Made by a program: the position numbers and the translations under genes. DNA of 60,469 nt, filler included, from Asterionella formosa (Eukaryota), in assembly GCA_002256025.1 (NCBI GenBank). It is 15 parts of 15 records of this genome, joined end to end, with 100 filler letters (N's around TTAATTAATTAA, not from the genome) between each part and the next. Parts side by side here need not be neighbours in the genome. Positions count along the whole stretch, not along the records: positions 1 to 3,949 come from NKIB01013809.1; positions 4,050 to 7,996 come from NKIB01013810.1; positions 8,097 to 12,043 come from NKIB01013811.1; 12 more parts are not named here. The stretch is one strand, 5' to 3'. The notes beneath the pieces were generated by a model. The model was not told where the DNA came from, ran no database searches, and saw only the letters and a list, made by a program, of their open reading frames with translations. The first letter of the stretch is position 1; each line of letters begins with the position of its first letter. Shown piece after piece: positions 1-12,143 of this stretch.

Positions 1-127
1 AAAACTCTTAGGAACGATTACAATCGATCACGGAGACATCGTTGTTATATCTACAGCCTATTTGGTCCCTGACGTGTCCTTACAGGATACAAGAAAGCAT
101 AGAGTGCTTCGGGACGCAATTTCAACA
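1..127 (+). mobile_element. 3' end of a Copia-family LTR (related to the LTR at 24269-24633)
   Basis: Aligns by eye with ~24505-24633 (ATATCTACAGCCTATTTGGT.CCTGA.GT.TCCTTA..GGATACAAGAAAG...TTCGGGA.GCAATTTCAACA). Homology stops exactly at ...TTTCAACA, a canonical LTR CA end. Confidence 0.6.
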
Positions 128-648
128 TCATTCCTTCGTATTTCACACTAATTATGGTTACAATATCATCCTTGCGATACAATCTTGGCTAATATACCGG
201 TACATGATATGTTAGTTTCGTTGCCGAAGAATTGGCGCGCCAAAACATACTTACTACCGGTACTGTACCTTGCAAATTGCGGTAAATAGGAAATTTAGCT
301 CTGTTTTCCTTTAAGCAAAAACCGTCTTTAACCGCAACTCCCTATGTATCGTATCGGTACCTTGGAAAATGGGTTCCTGATTATCAAACACGCACTTCTT
401 TGCGTGGTGTTCTGCATCATAATGATACTGTAACATCGAACAATACTACCGGTAGCTTTTCACTATCATTATTACTATTAGACTACCGGTATATCACAGG
501 AAATATTGTATTGGTATTAGCAGCAGTTGTGTTTCCATTTTTTTAGTTGACCTGAATCCTGACAGTTGCTTCGCTTATCAGGAGTTTTCATTATCAATAA
601 TCATAATCATCCTCCCTCAACCCACACTCCAGAGCTCAACACAATAAA

Positions 649-1179
649 ATGTCCAGCACTCGACTTTTACCCGGACATGCTGTCGTATCAGCAATCAGAA
701 GCAGCCACATGAACAAGTGCACGTTCCTTGCCTTTATCGCTGGAGTTCTTCTGGGATATCTAATTACACATGTTGACAAACGAAAGGACTCCCATCACTT
801 TGGTCCTCGACGAGGAATGGTACTGCAATTGAATGATGTACCATTTCGAAATACATCTCATGTTGATGATGTTGGCAGACCCATTGTGAAACAACAATTA
901 ATCGAACCCTTCGCTATTCCAAATTTTGTCGGGGTGTCGATTGCCACCTTTTCACCTGGTCAAACAATGATGCCAGTTCATGAACACACGTCGTTGCATG
1001 AATTCTTTTTTGTTATTTCTGGAAAAGGTATTATACAAAAGGATGGAGTGGACCATAAAGTTACGGCTGGGACCTTTCTACATATGGCACCTTTGGAGAA
1101 GCATGGGATCTGGATTCCAAACGATTATGCACAAGATATGAAAATGTTGGTGTGTGGAGTAACTGTGGGTCCTAACTAG
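649..1179 (+). CDS. Cupin (cupin_2) domain protein with an N-terminal hydrophobic segment
   Basis: Intact 176-aa ORF with cupin motifs H-E-H-x4-E-F-F-F-V-I-S-G-K-G and G-x5-P-x3-H. Hydrophobic stretch FLAFIAGVLLGYLI. Confidence 0.85.
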   Translation: MSSTRLLPGHAVVSAIRSSHMNKCTFLAFIAGVLLGYLITHVDKRKDSHHFGPRRGMVLQLNDVPFRNTSHVDDVGRPIVKQQLIEPFAIPNFVGVSIATFSPGQTMMPVHEHTSLHEFFFVISGKGIIQKDGVDHKVTAGTFLHMAPLEKHGIWIPNDYAQDMKMLVCGVTVGPN

Positions 1180-1238
1180 ATATTAATTTTCTCGATGCAT
1201 CGGAGCAAATATTTCGTAAGAAAACATTTACTAAATTA

Positions 1239-2591
1239 TCATTGAGTTGTGGATGGTGTGGTGCTCCCGTTCTTTTTCTTGTTGTTAAGAAACTCCTGTT
1301 TCTTTCCTTCAAAGCCTGCTCGGCTCATTTTCCTGGATTTCTTTTCCTCTCCATCCTTGGCATCATCCTTGATCTTTTTAGAGGACAAGTTGGCACCGGT
1401 TGATCCGCCCTCCTTGCGCTTCTTCAGGTTGTGATTTCTAATCGTCTGTCGTTCGTCCATCTTTTCCTTGGTTTGCTCCATTCTAGACTTCCATGCCTTT
1501 TGAGATTTTTCCTTCTGGGCCACCTTGCGCTTCAGTGCCTTTTTCAGTTTGGCAGGATCATCCTTCACACGGTCTCCCGATGCTTCCTTAAGAGCTTCCC
1601 CCCACTGCATGTTTGCCGCCTTTTTCTTCTCCTCGTCCGTTCCCTGCTTAAGTTGCAAAATTCGGTCCCGCTTTTCTTCCGCCTTTTGAAGCATGAGTTC
1701 TAAATTCTTCTTCTTGTTGAGATTCTTAAGCGACTTGTTGTTTTGAAAACTCTCTGGTGTTGGATTGAGTCCTGCCAATTTCCCAAAGTCCATGGTTTGC
1801 AAATCTTCTTTTGGTGTTGTGGTTGCATTGGGACTGGACAAGACAAATGCCTTTTTGGCATCCTTCACTTTTGTCCCTGCTGTCTTGCTTCGCAGAATGG
1901 CTTCCTCCTTGCGTTTCAACTTTTCGGCGCGACGGGAGGCTCGTTTACTAATAGTGGTAGGGTCCAATGGACGTTGGCCTCGTTGTTCTGCCAATTTGGC
2001 ATGCAACTTTTCTCGAAGTGCTTCAATTCGAGAAGCGTTGTTGGTTAATTCCGTAGCAGCAGCAGCAGTAGGAGGAGGAGGTGCCGTTGACTTTGACATG
2101 CTTCCCTTCTTTTGCTTGACATGTCTTACTCCCTTCGGTTTCACCTCGTCCTCTTCATCATCATGGTCACTATTCAATGCAATTTCATGTTGTTCTTGTT
2201 CCAACCGCTCCTTCATTTGATGTGTCGTTTCTGCTGTGGCTGGATCTAGTTTGGCCTTTTTGGATGCCTTATTACGAGCACGACGTGATTCCTTGGATTC
2301 CTTGTGTTGTCCTTTAAAGTATTTGGTATTGTACGCCGAGTCTCCTGTGAATGTATTTGTATGTATATGTATATATATATGCGTATGTGTATGTTAGAAG
2401 CAAAAGCAACAAGGAGTGGGACAAGTAAACAATAGCGCACTGCCCAAGAAGGCAGGTAGTAGTAAACACAGGAAGAACGTACCAGACTGACCCGCCACAT
2501 ACACTTGAGCGGCAAACATATCAACAAGCTGATCGAAAAAGTCATTGTGGCTCTGGAGTTCCTTGTACAAACTATTATGGAGAGGAGGCAT
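1239..2591 (-). CDS. RRP14: 60S ribosome biogenesis protein Rrp14/SURF6; exons 2591-2483 and 2344-1239
   Basis: Exon 1 HNDFFDQLVDMFAAQVY resembles the RRP14 N-domain. Removing the GTACGT...CACAG intron (2482-2345) gives an open frame (GDSAYNTKYFKGQHKESKESRRARNKASKKAKLDP...). SURF6 C-terminal motifs are present: G.RVKDDPAKLKKALKRK, KS.KAW..R, R..NL, RAGFEG. Confidence 0.88.
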
Positions 2592-3014
2592 GATGTTTGT
2601 TGTGGTACTGCGATGCGATGAGCAACGAACGATTTTGATAATAGATGTAAGTGGTGTAGCTGCTCTTCATTTCAATGAATCAAAAGAGTGTTCTATCAAC
2701 TTTTATATTATATGAATTAGTATGGTATTTCTATACACCGTAAATGTTACTTATATATATCCAAATACGATTTATATATGGAATAAACAGATCAGCCACC
2801 ACATGCAACGTGAACGAAAAAGAAAGTACCAAGTACCAGTTTCCAGGTACCGTCTACGGTGAACAATTATTTATACCTGGCTTGACGCCGAACGAACACT
2901 AAAATCAGCTCGAGACTGGAGCAAATCAAAATCGGGTGATTGTGAGTGAAATTTTGAACTCATGTCCTGATATGATACCGCCCTTCAACTACCAATACGC
3001 CTGGTACCAGGGTC

Positions 3015-3949
3015 CCAGTCAAAAACTGCTTAAGACCACTATGAACTGCTTAGACCACTATAACGGGGTAATCTTACTTTTTGTACTACAAACTTTTTCA
3101 ATTTTACCAATACGACAATATTTACTATGAACAAGTCATTTGTTTCACGCATCTACATATAGGATGTCTTGACGCCCGATCGATGTTGTGTTCCAGTGGT
3201 TGAGATAAACGACCACGAAAATGTTGAGTGAGGCACATCGGAAGAAAATAAAATTACCTCGTTTAGCTGGGCCGACATTTTATCTTCATATACGATATTC
3301 GTTAAAGTTTTATACTCCAAATTAATATAGCTTCCTTTAACGCTTTTCTTCCGGTGGATATTACTATGGCGCGATTGTGTGCAACATCCCAATCCAAACA
3401 TGCACGATAGTTCGCACCATAGAAATTGAGTGATTTTGTACTGTCAACATATGTACCGATATGCATCCTGAAATGCTCTTGAGACAATCAAAAAATACCA
3501 CTTCTATTTTCATATTTTCGGATCTTTCTACCGGTACTTACCGGTAGTACTATTACGAACCGAAGATGCACCAAACCTCGAGCAAAGTACAGAGTTATGT
3601 AAGACTCTAGATAAGGAAATAGTAAAGCTTGTTCTAAACAACATTGTTAGAGAACTAGAAGCTACAAAGGCTAACAATGCAGGAGTGTTGCTATATGGTG
3701 CTATCACTAGATTAGTAGCAAACAAAGGTGGCAAAATTACGTGGCTAACAAAAGACATGGTGATGTACCATTTGAAGAAATTGAACAACAACAACAACAA
3801 CAACACAGATCTAGTAGTAGGGGGTTTAAATTCTACAGTTCTATTGGATTACTCCCCAGCAAATCAAATTGAAACCAGCAGCATGCTTACCTTTGCAACC
3901 AGAAACTCCACTACTGCATCCACTTTGACAACAGTTACATTTAACTCAG
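3015..3949 (+). mobile_element. Left end and decayed transposase N-terminus of an element related to 37548-40012
   Basis: CCAGTCAAAAACTGCTTAAGACCACT plus a second AACTGCTTAGACCACT resembles the TIR and subterminal repeat at 40012. The downstream peptide KANNAGVLLYGAITR..W.T resembles KANNNGKLPYGAISR..W.T at 39323-39538. Confidence 0.65.
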
Positions 3950-4049
3950 NNNNNNNNNNNNNNNNNNNNNNNNNNNNNNNNNNNNNNNNNNNNTTAATTA
4001 ATTAANNNNNNNNNNNNNNNNNNNNNNNNNNNNNNNNNNNNNNNNNNNN
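3950..4049. other. Artificial contig linker N44-TTAATTAATTAA-N44. Further copies start at 7997, 12044, 16086, 20128, 24169, 28206, 32241, 36276, 40309, 44343, 48376, 52409 and 56440.
   Basis: Identical 100-nt cassette with six-frame stops. The intervening segments shrink almost monotonically from 3949 to 3930 nt. Confidence 0.98.
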
Positions 4050-5420
4050 AACAACAATAAACACATCGAAGCATAACTATGGAACATGCACAACATGTCC
4101 AAGTCATCATTTTCCATTCTTAACATGATATACTTAGGAGGTGGGAACTGTCAGCCAGAACCACAACCTCTGTTCCGAAAAATATCTTGCCTCTGGGTAG
4201 CTGGAAAACTATGTGCTCAGCATTTTTAGTCGATCTTGATGACCTTCTAGGCGATTCTTTGTCTTCTTCATTGTAATAATGATAACATACCAATGCTTCT
4301 GCAAAAAGCTTGCGAAAACCAAGAATGCTATTAACCTCCTCCTCTTTGCAGAAGTGTTAATATGCCAGCATGGCATGTACTTCCGTGACTGAAAGGAGGA
4401 ATGCAAATATTCTATTTAGCCACCATTTTGTCGCCCATTCCACCTCCAAACTAATTGGGGAATGCCTCGTTGCATTATGATCATCAACAGCATCATGCCA
4501 AAACTTGTAGTGGTTATAGAAAACCACTGTAAATGTCATCTTTTTCTTTTCTTAATGGTCTGCGCACACTTTCTCCTCCACCATTTTTTCAATCCATCTG
4601 AGTGTTAACAGGTTTGCCCTCAACCTTTTGATCAATGATAACCATAATTGAATCATTCCAGAGCTCCGAAGGAAAGATTAAATGAATAACTGGAAGGAAG
4701 GCAACTTCAAATGAGTTGAAAATGATGAAAATATTGGATTGCTCTTTGATCCATTCAACTGGCTCCTGCCGCAAATTCCTGACTTCTCCCACTCATTGTC
4801 AAACAATTTTTTTGCAAATTCATTGTGGAAAAATCTTTTCAGATGCTGGGGCATTGTCAACACGACCAATATCAACAAATCCAGCTGGGATGGCAATATC
4901 TTCAGTGTATTTAACTCCGCCAGCCAGTACACTTTACAAGTTTGAGAAGCTCTGAAAACATCATCACTTCAACTCCTGCTGCCTCCTCAATTAAATAACC
5001 GCCTTCATCATAGTAAAAGGTGTCTGGATCACCATCGGAAATGATCTAGAAGTGATTTTCAAAGGCATACAGCTCAGTTGTATCAACATCATCTACAGTC
5101 CCGGGAGCAGTGACCACAATGGCCATCATCGCATCCTTACCTCTGGTTTTCTTGAGCTCCCTCTGCTGATCTGTCATTCTTGTAAGTCTATGGTCTCTTG
5201 CAATGTTCACATGATGATTTCAGAACGCCCACAAAGATGGGTGAATGAACATGGAAAGGCATGAAACGACAGCACCTTTGCCCATTGTCAAATTTTTTGC
5301 GCCATCCTGCACAGATATTTTTGAGATTTGTTGGCAGGCAGACTTCTCATGTATCTGAATTTTTTAAACCTTTTTAAACCTATATCAGCTTATTGTCATT
5401 CATACCTCCAGAGACATTAA
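4050..5420 (-). pseudogene. Degenerate piggyBac-like (DDE_Tnp_1_7-type) transposase
   Basis: Peptide AVDDHNATRHSPISLEVEWATKWWLNRIFAFLLSVTEV is characteristic of stramenopile piggyBac-derived transposases. Cys-rich remnant near 4050-4100. Many stops and frameshifts. Confidence 0.65.
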
Positions 5421-5699
5421 GTTCTGCAGATTTAGATTAACTTTTCAGAAATGAAGTATCCATTGAATTGAGCTAGGGGAAAGTGATTGAAAACCCTGAC
5501 TGAATCCAGTCTACTAGACTGAAATCAGTCTAGCCGGAAAGAATCTGATAATGATAATATATCTAAAAATTGTTTGATCATATGATTGCAATTATAAGAT
5601 GCATCACACTAATAAGATGTTTTCTATTTGCAGATGAATGATTCATCCCATGATGCCTGCCGGACGAGATAGGCCAGCTTTTGATGAAATTTATGTTCC

Positions 5700-7722
5700 T
5701 TACCAAGTTGCGAGTTCGCTTGGCTCGAGATTGCCCTTGTGATCTCCACATCGAATTCCTCTAGAATTGCCAAGTTGTGTTCGGCTGCCTTGGTGCTCAA
5801 ATCGAAACAAAACGTAGGTGCGCACATACCTGGTGATGGTGTGTCCGACACACCATCACATGGATGATGAAGTCCATAATCCGTGTGATACATCTGAGTA
5901 GCGTGCGCTCTCGCTGGCAGCTGGGTGGTGGGTCGACTATCGATACGTGCGCTAGAGTTGCTGGCGGCATGGCGCAGTGTGGAGTCGTCGCATGTAGGTG
6001 TCGGGTCTGCTCGGCATGGCCTTCTGCTGGTAGCGTAACTGCCTCCTGTGACATAGCTGGTACCCGGTACTAATTACGGTGATACGAGATTGTCTTACCC
6101 ATTATGGTTTGAATTTTCCCATGCGGGAGTGCTGCGCTGTACTGTTCGTGCGGTGGCGATGGTGGCCGCATGGGTGGTGATGAAGGGAGTTGTGGCAAGT
6201 TTGGTGGTTTATGCCCGTTTGTGACGGAATATTCTGTTTCCGTTCCCTGTCCAGAAATCGGGATCGTGAGGTGCATAAAAGTATCGACATGTCCTCCGGG
6301 ACGCACGTTTTGTTCGGCACGACGGACGTGGTCAGTGAGGCAATGTGGGTATGTTTGAGTGGTACGACGAGTGTTGATAGACCGCAGTAAGCTGTTAACG
6401 GTTTCGTTAGAGAATTCGTTACCCCTACTCGGTTGTGCCCTAGTCAATTCGATGATGCCGGCGTTGTGGCGCGAATCGCCTTGTTGAAAAATGTCGTAAA
6501 AGCCTTCTTGTTGTCACCTGTCAACTGAACATGCGACTCTTTTCGATCACAGTTGTCAATACAGATCCCGGAGATTTGCCAGCGGCAGCAGTTAGTCGTG
6601 GAACCGTTCACCTTGGGTGCTCCGCATGGAGGAAAAGCATCGCGGTAAAATATGCCATGCGGGAGACAAAAAAGAGGGTCTGCCCGGGAGTTTGTCACAG
6701 TGCGGCCTCGAACAAAAGTGTTAGTGTGTGGGTTACACCTGTCCGGTGAATGATGATCATGTTGTTGGTTTCCGGCATGATGGTTTTAGCGAGATTGTTC
6801 CTCTGATTGCTCGTCCCAGTTTCCCTTGAAGAGTAGAAAAAGTGCTGTGACCCGAGGATGTAGTGGTGAGGTCATGGGATTGCCCACCGCTATCTGTAGT
6901 TGTTGCTGCGAAAAGTCTAAGAGATGGAATCCATGTCATGAATAGATTTGAATTCCTCCAGAATGCTTGGATCATGTTGTCCATGATGGTAAGTTGATGG
7001 GCAAAGAAACGGATGTCCAAATCAGAGCAATGTCAATATGTAGCGCAGTTTGCTTCTATGTGGGTCAGCCATGTACACAGGCGATCCGCCGTGAAACAAT
7101 TTCCCAAAACAAACAAGACAATGGTGATCATATTCTTGATAGTAGTTTCGAAGTCCGTGACAGTTTTCGCAACAATCAGCAGTTTCTTATTGCCCAGGTG
7201 TTTCATGATCTGGGTATAGCAATCTCGATCGCCTGCCGGATCAATAGTAGCATTAGAAATGATTTCAATGTCTGAGGAGGAAACCATGCTGTTGTATTTG
7301 GAGAGAAGCTTAAACAAGAGCTGATGTGAGAAGGTCCCTCGGTGGGATCATAATTAAATTGAAGTTGACTAATGCACAATGTTGTGAATGGATCCAAACA
7401 TAGCAGTTCAGGATGGATTGTAGGTATTCTGCCATAAATTGCTGTGTTGCTGAAGTATTTGAGCTGAGCGAGAGGAATGTAGCCAGTGATTGGATGGGCT
7501 CTGTAACAATGTCTTCATTGTGAGTGGCCATTAAACAAAGAATCTGGTCTTGAAGAAACTTAGGTTCCTTGTCCCAAGCTCTCAAAGAGGAGGGTGTATT
7601 GGAAGATCTAGCCTCCACTAGCCAATCGGTATTTGTAGCAAGATTGGATGCCACACTCACAAGTGCCGTGGCTACCTGCGCCATACTGTCGTCACGAGGT
7701 TTGAACATATCCGTGTTCCTGA
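5700..7722 (-). mobile_element. Decayed retroelement, probably tyrosine-recombinase (DIRS/Ngaro-like) type: gag-like ORF1 plus N-terminus of the RT ORF
   Basis: ORF1 remnant ends in C-x-x-W-x3-G-x-C-x3-C-x-R-x2-S-H (CCRWQISGICIDNCDRKESH). Next comes PTFCFDLSTKAAEHNLAILEEFD...ISSQANSQLG, resembling the region upstream of RT in diatom retroelements. RT core is absent. Confidence 0.45.
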
Positions 7723-7996
7723 GTCTGCAAATAAAAACCATCATATTTCCATGATGCATCATAGGGTTATGATCATCTGATCATAATTTTTCGTTATATC
7801 ATCTAATAATTGTGATAAATGCCCTCGTAATTTAAATAGTAACCCTTTTGACTATGGAAATTTAATTATTATATGTATTGTTTCTTTTAGGTTCCTTTAT
7901 TTAAATTTCTTGGTAGGAGAATGTACCAGTGAAAGTAATGTGGTTTGGCTCATCATCCTCTCCAGTCCTCACTCTGATTCTTGCAACAACGACAAA
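7723..7996 (+). mobile_element. Terminus of an unclassified element (GTCTGCAAATA end), near-identical to the reverse complement of 33519-33792
   Basis: About 275 bp match with only a few substitutions. Homology ends abruptly at GTCTGCAAATAAAAACC. Confidence 0.8.
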
Positions 7997-8096
7997 NNNN
8001 NNNNNNNNNNNNNNNNNNNNNNNNNNNNNNNNNNNNNNNNTTAATTAATTAANNNNNNNNNNNNNNNNNNNNNNNNNNNNNNNNNNNNNNNNNNNN

Positions 8097-11000
8097 TACG
8101 ACGCCCGAAAGCACTATTGGGTTCAATCCCAATTATCTCACATCGTGCTAGGTCAGCATGGTAATGGAGAAGTAAGCCATGTGCCTCATCTGGTAATAGA
8201 TCAGAAATTTCTGTTACGGACATGTGGTGATTTAGCCATGGTGAACAACTTGGGATAAGATCAGAGATTGCTGTTTTCAAAGCGGCTGTGTGTGTTGAAA
8301 CAGAAGTATCAACAGCTGAGTGATTCAGGAGAGCTTTTGCTGCTGGAGACCGATCACTAGGAAGTCTGTGAACACAAAGTTCATCAACAACAGCATGATG
8401 AGCATATTGAACCCGGCCGGAATCCCCAATATATTGGTAGATATGCGCAGTCCCTTGGAAACCAACAAGAGTCCCAAGAATTGTATTAGAATCAGGACGA
8501 TGCCGACTGGCGCGTCGATTCTTGACATGGAGTGGAGAGCCAAAAATAAAGGCCATTGATAAATTAGGTGCATGTTTGTGGAACGCTTCATGAGGGGTGC
8601 GACCATTATGGGCATCACTAGGCCGAACATTAAGAAGAAAAGTGGCATATGTGACAGCAAAACACCATAGTGAGGAATCCATTTGTGCTCTATATAAGAG
8701 ACATTGAGCCGTGAGTCCAATAAGTTTAATGGAGACCTCAGCTTTTCCGTTTTGCGAGGATGAGTACGCGCCAGTGGGCTCCACCGAGATGTGTAGCAGA
8801 GACAACTCGGTCTTGAGCGTGTGGTTAGCAAGTAAATCCCCATCCACACGGATACGGCACACACGGTTGCCAGTACGGATCTGCAAGTGTTGGATGATCC
8901 AAAGGATGAGTTTAACTTGTGTAGTGCGTGATTGACGACAGAATGTCCAAGGATGATTAGAGATTTCCTCTGTGACTACTAAAAAGCATTTGAATTCACG
9001 GCAGGATTGTTTACGATAGAATCCAAAATCCATATGGATAAGACTTCCAAGAACCTTGAAAGGAGATTCAACAGTAGGACCTCTGGATAAGGAGGGTAGT
9101 TTTTCTTTGAGACAGATTGTACAAGAGAATGTGTCTGGTATAGGGACATTCAAAGGGAGACCCATAACGCTTGTTCCATTGAGCAATAATTCCATAGCAC
9201 GCCGGCCTGGGCACCCCATTCGAAGATGAATGAGATGATAAAGTCCTGATGGTTTCATGGTTTTGATAAGGTCAATAGCAGAGGTGGTAATCCCTAAAGA
9301 CGGTTTATGTAAACGGACAATGATGAAGTCTGCATCATCAATGGTCAATAACTTGAAAGAATATTCTTTCCCGTTGGGAAGTTTCAACCATAACAGGTTA
9401 CCTGTGCTACGAAGTCGATGATCAGCCTCATAGCCTAGGCGTTTGAGAGCATGAATACTGAGGGAGCGCCGCCGATAGTGTGGCATTTCCACTGTATTGG
9501 GAAGTGATACTTCCAGTTAAACAGTTCTATCTGATGAAATGAAACATGGATAAAGTGTGCCCATGTATCCAACTTTATCGGCGTCACCAAGTTTAGCAGT
9601 CTGGCATAGAACAGTGGAGCTCACAACATTGTGTAATTCTTTGCTCATGCAAGTGACATTCCCATTTGCTCCAGTGTCCACATGCATCAAAGTTTCACCG
9701 TTGTGGAGGTTTGCAGCAAATTCCAGACCAGTGGTGGATGAGGAAGTGGAGGAGTACGGTAGAGAGGAAGAGATATGTGTAAGAACTTCAGTGGGATCAG
9801 AGTTTATCAGAGCTAAGTCATCAACAACCTTGTGTGAATCACAAATATGAGCAACGAAAGCGACCATGCCTGTGTGATAAATGGGGAAGATGTGATAACC
9901 TGATCATTGTCAATATCACGAGGTCCAGGGGATCTAGGAGTGGGGACCTTTCAGCTGTATTGATGAGAAAATGGTGCAATGTTATACATGTTCTCTCTCC
10001 ATGTGATATGTATATCATCTATGACAGACTGAAGGTGTGTAGGCTCCGCATTCTTGTCCTCAGGCATGGTGGAAATAGCCTGAACTGTAAAGAGTTGAGT
10101 ATTTGCTGGAGTGGTGTCTCGTGGACCAGAGCGACCAAGAGAACCATGAGGAGGTCAAGCAGGGGTTGCATCAAACGGAGGGAGCTGAGCAATTTTAGCA
10201 GAATGTGCTTTGACAAGTAGTTCTTTGCGGTTGTCTGAGAGTCCATTGATATTCCAACAATCGGGCGTTTTATGGTTACTACCAAAACAAATACAACAAC
10301 AGAGAGGGTCATGTTTGACACCACACCAAGGAAAGAGACATATTTGGTAAGGATTAGGAACTCTCGCGCGATTAATGGCCGAAATCATGAGCGCATGAAT
10401 GGGATTGTGGTCATGAGTAGTGGTATCAGGGTGGCCTTGAAGAGCACATTCCAATGTGTGTGCAATGTCAATAGTAGAGACTGAAACCACATCAGCATGA
10501 ACAGGTAGAGTGATCCCATGAGTGGAACGATGGGTGCAAGGAGTAGGTAAATGTTGGAGTAGTGATTTGAGTTTGTTGTATAGATTTTCCACTTGTAATC
10601 TCTTGGGAATATTGTTTGCCCGAAGGTGCTCTGAATACAGTCGGAGATCATTTGTTTTGATAACCCGGAGTGCAAATAATTCTTCTTGAAGATAGTGAGC
10701 TTTGACTCCTAAACCATTTAAATAATGCAAGCGAATGTCCACTTTACGAAAAGTTGAATGTTCAGGGTAGAGATGCAAGAGAGCGAGCCATCGGGTATAT
10801 TGCGCATTGTAACGAGTGAGACCATCCATTGTGGTCTGATTTTCAGTAAGCGTGTATTGAGGCGCCTTTGCTGTATAGAATAATGGTCGTCATGCGTTAT
10901 GGTATTTAAATTTAACCGTTCCTTTACATAAGACTGTATGCAGGATTCAATGTTATTGAGTAGCTCCACAGGTACCGTGGGAGTGGGGGAAGAGGGTAGA

Positions 11001-11540
11001 AGAACAGATGTACGAGTATTAACAGTATTCCCGTCTGTAAGAGTATCATACTGTTGGCCACTATAAGTAGAGCGGGCGTCCAAAGGAATGTTTCGAGTCG
11101 TAGAGACTCGACTGTGGGGGGCAGTATTGAAGCGCTCTTCAAGAGACATACGGTGGTAGGAATTACGGCGTTGACCACGTGTCGTGATGTGATCATGAAG
11201 CGGGTCAGATTGTATGCTGATCGTTGTGGGGTAAGGTACGACTTTACGCATAGTAGGATTAGTAGGAGCCGCTGAGTGGACACGTGATGTTGTAGAAGGG
11301 GTTCCAAGTGTCTCGAGTAAAGATGCCAGCTGGCGATCCAAACCACGGAAAAGATGCAGTCGGCTGGTAGGAGAAACGTCTGCGATACGTTGGTAAGTAC
11401 CATGAAGGCGTGTGGAATGTTGGGGGTGCTCAGGGAGTGCAGATGGTGGTGTTGTTGTTCGTGTTGTACGAGCACGTTGGGTAGCACAGTAATGGTCACT
11501 CATAGTTTGGGTGTATGTTGATTGTCGAGACGACATCCTG
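8097..11540 (-). mobile_element. Copia-type LTR retrotransposon internal region (gag, PR, IN), frameshifted, cut by the contig end before RT
   Basis: Zn knuckle CICFGSNHKTPDC. Protease HVDTGANGNVT. Integrase HLRMGC...C..C, IHMDFG, IRVDG, YSSSQNGKAE, and LWCFAV.YA..L.N...TPHE. Order PR-IN is Copia-type. Confidence 0.85.
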
Positions 11541-11699
11541 ATAAGAAGAGTAAACCAAAAAAGAATGTGTAGAGACTATTGTTGAAAAATGGCGACCTGA
11601 TAACTGTGGGACAGGAACTCCGGGTACCGATACTGGCACACTAGTTATAAGGAGAGAAGACTCGGCAGTACCACTTACTTGGTCTGAGGTGGTGCGTAG

Positions 11700-12043
11700 A
11701 GGCACACCAACCATACAGAAGTAGATAAGACTTGTTTCAAGATCATTATCTCGAAACAATCCAGTTAGTAAGAACGAAGTTTGATCCGACTTTCTTCTTA
11801 CCTTCAACTCAATCAAATATAACCGATTCTTGAAACAATCATAGGTTTAGGGCCTATGGTATGTCGGGGAAAATAGATTTTGCAACATTGTTTCGAGATA
11901 AAAAATATATAACAAAACTCAAATAAAGGAGCAGAATGATCAGCGCCAGCGAAGCAGCACAGAATGCCATTACAGCGCCACCGAACGGCACCACTGTATC
12001 GCAGGGGACCAACGGCAGCAGAGGTCGTGGAAGGGGACGACGA
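11700..12043 (+). mobile_element. Possible LTR end, primer-binding site and gag start of a second Copia element
   Basis: GGTTTAGGGCC near 11844 resembles the Copia GGTTATGGGCC PBS. It is followed by an ATG-initiated frame ending in GSRGRGRGRR at the contig end. Confidence 0.35.
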
Positions 12044-12143
12044 NNNNNNNNNNNNNNNNNNNNNNNNNNNNNNNNNNNNNNNNNNNNTTAATTAATTAAN
12101 NNNNNNNNNNNNNNNNNNNNNNNNNNNNNNNNNNNNNNNNNNN

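Noticed and set aside
1249..2220. Plus-strand ORFs overlapping RRP14, and similar antisense ORFs over the Copia genes
   Set aside because: Shadow frames of real coding sequence with no independent motifs.
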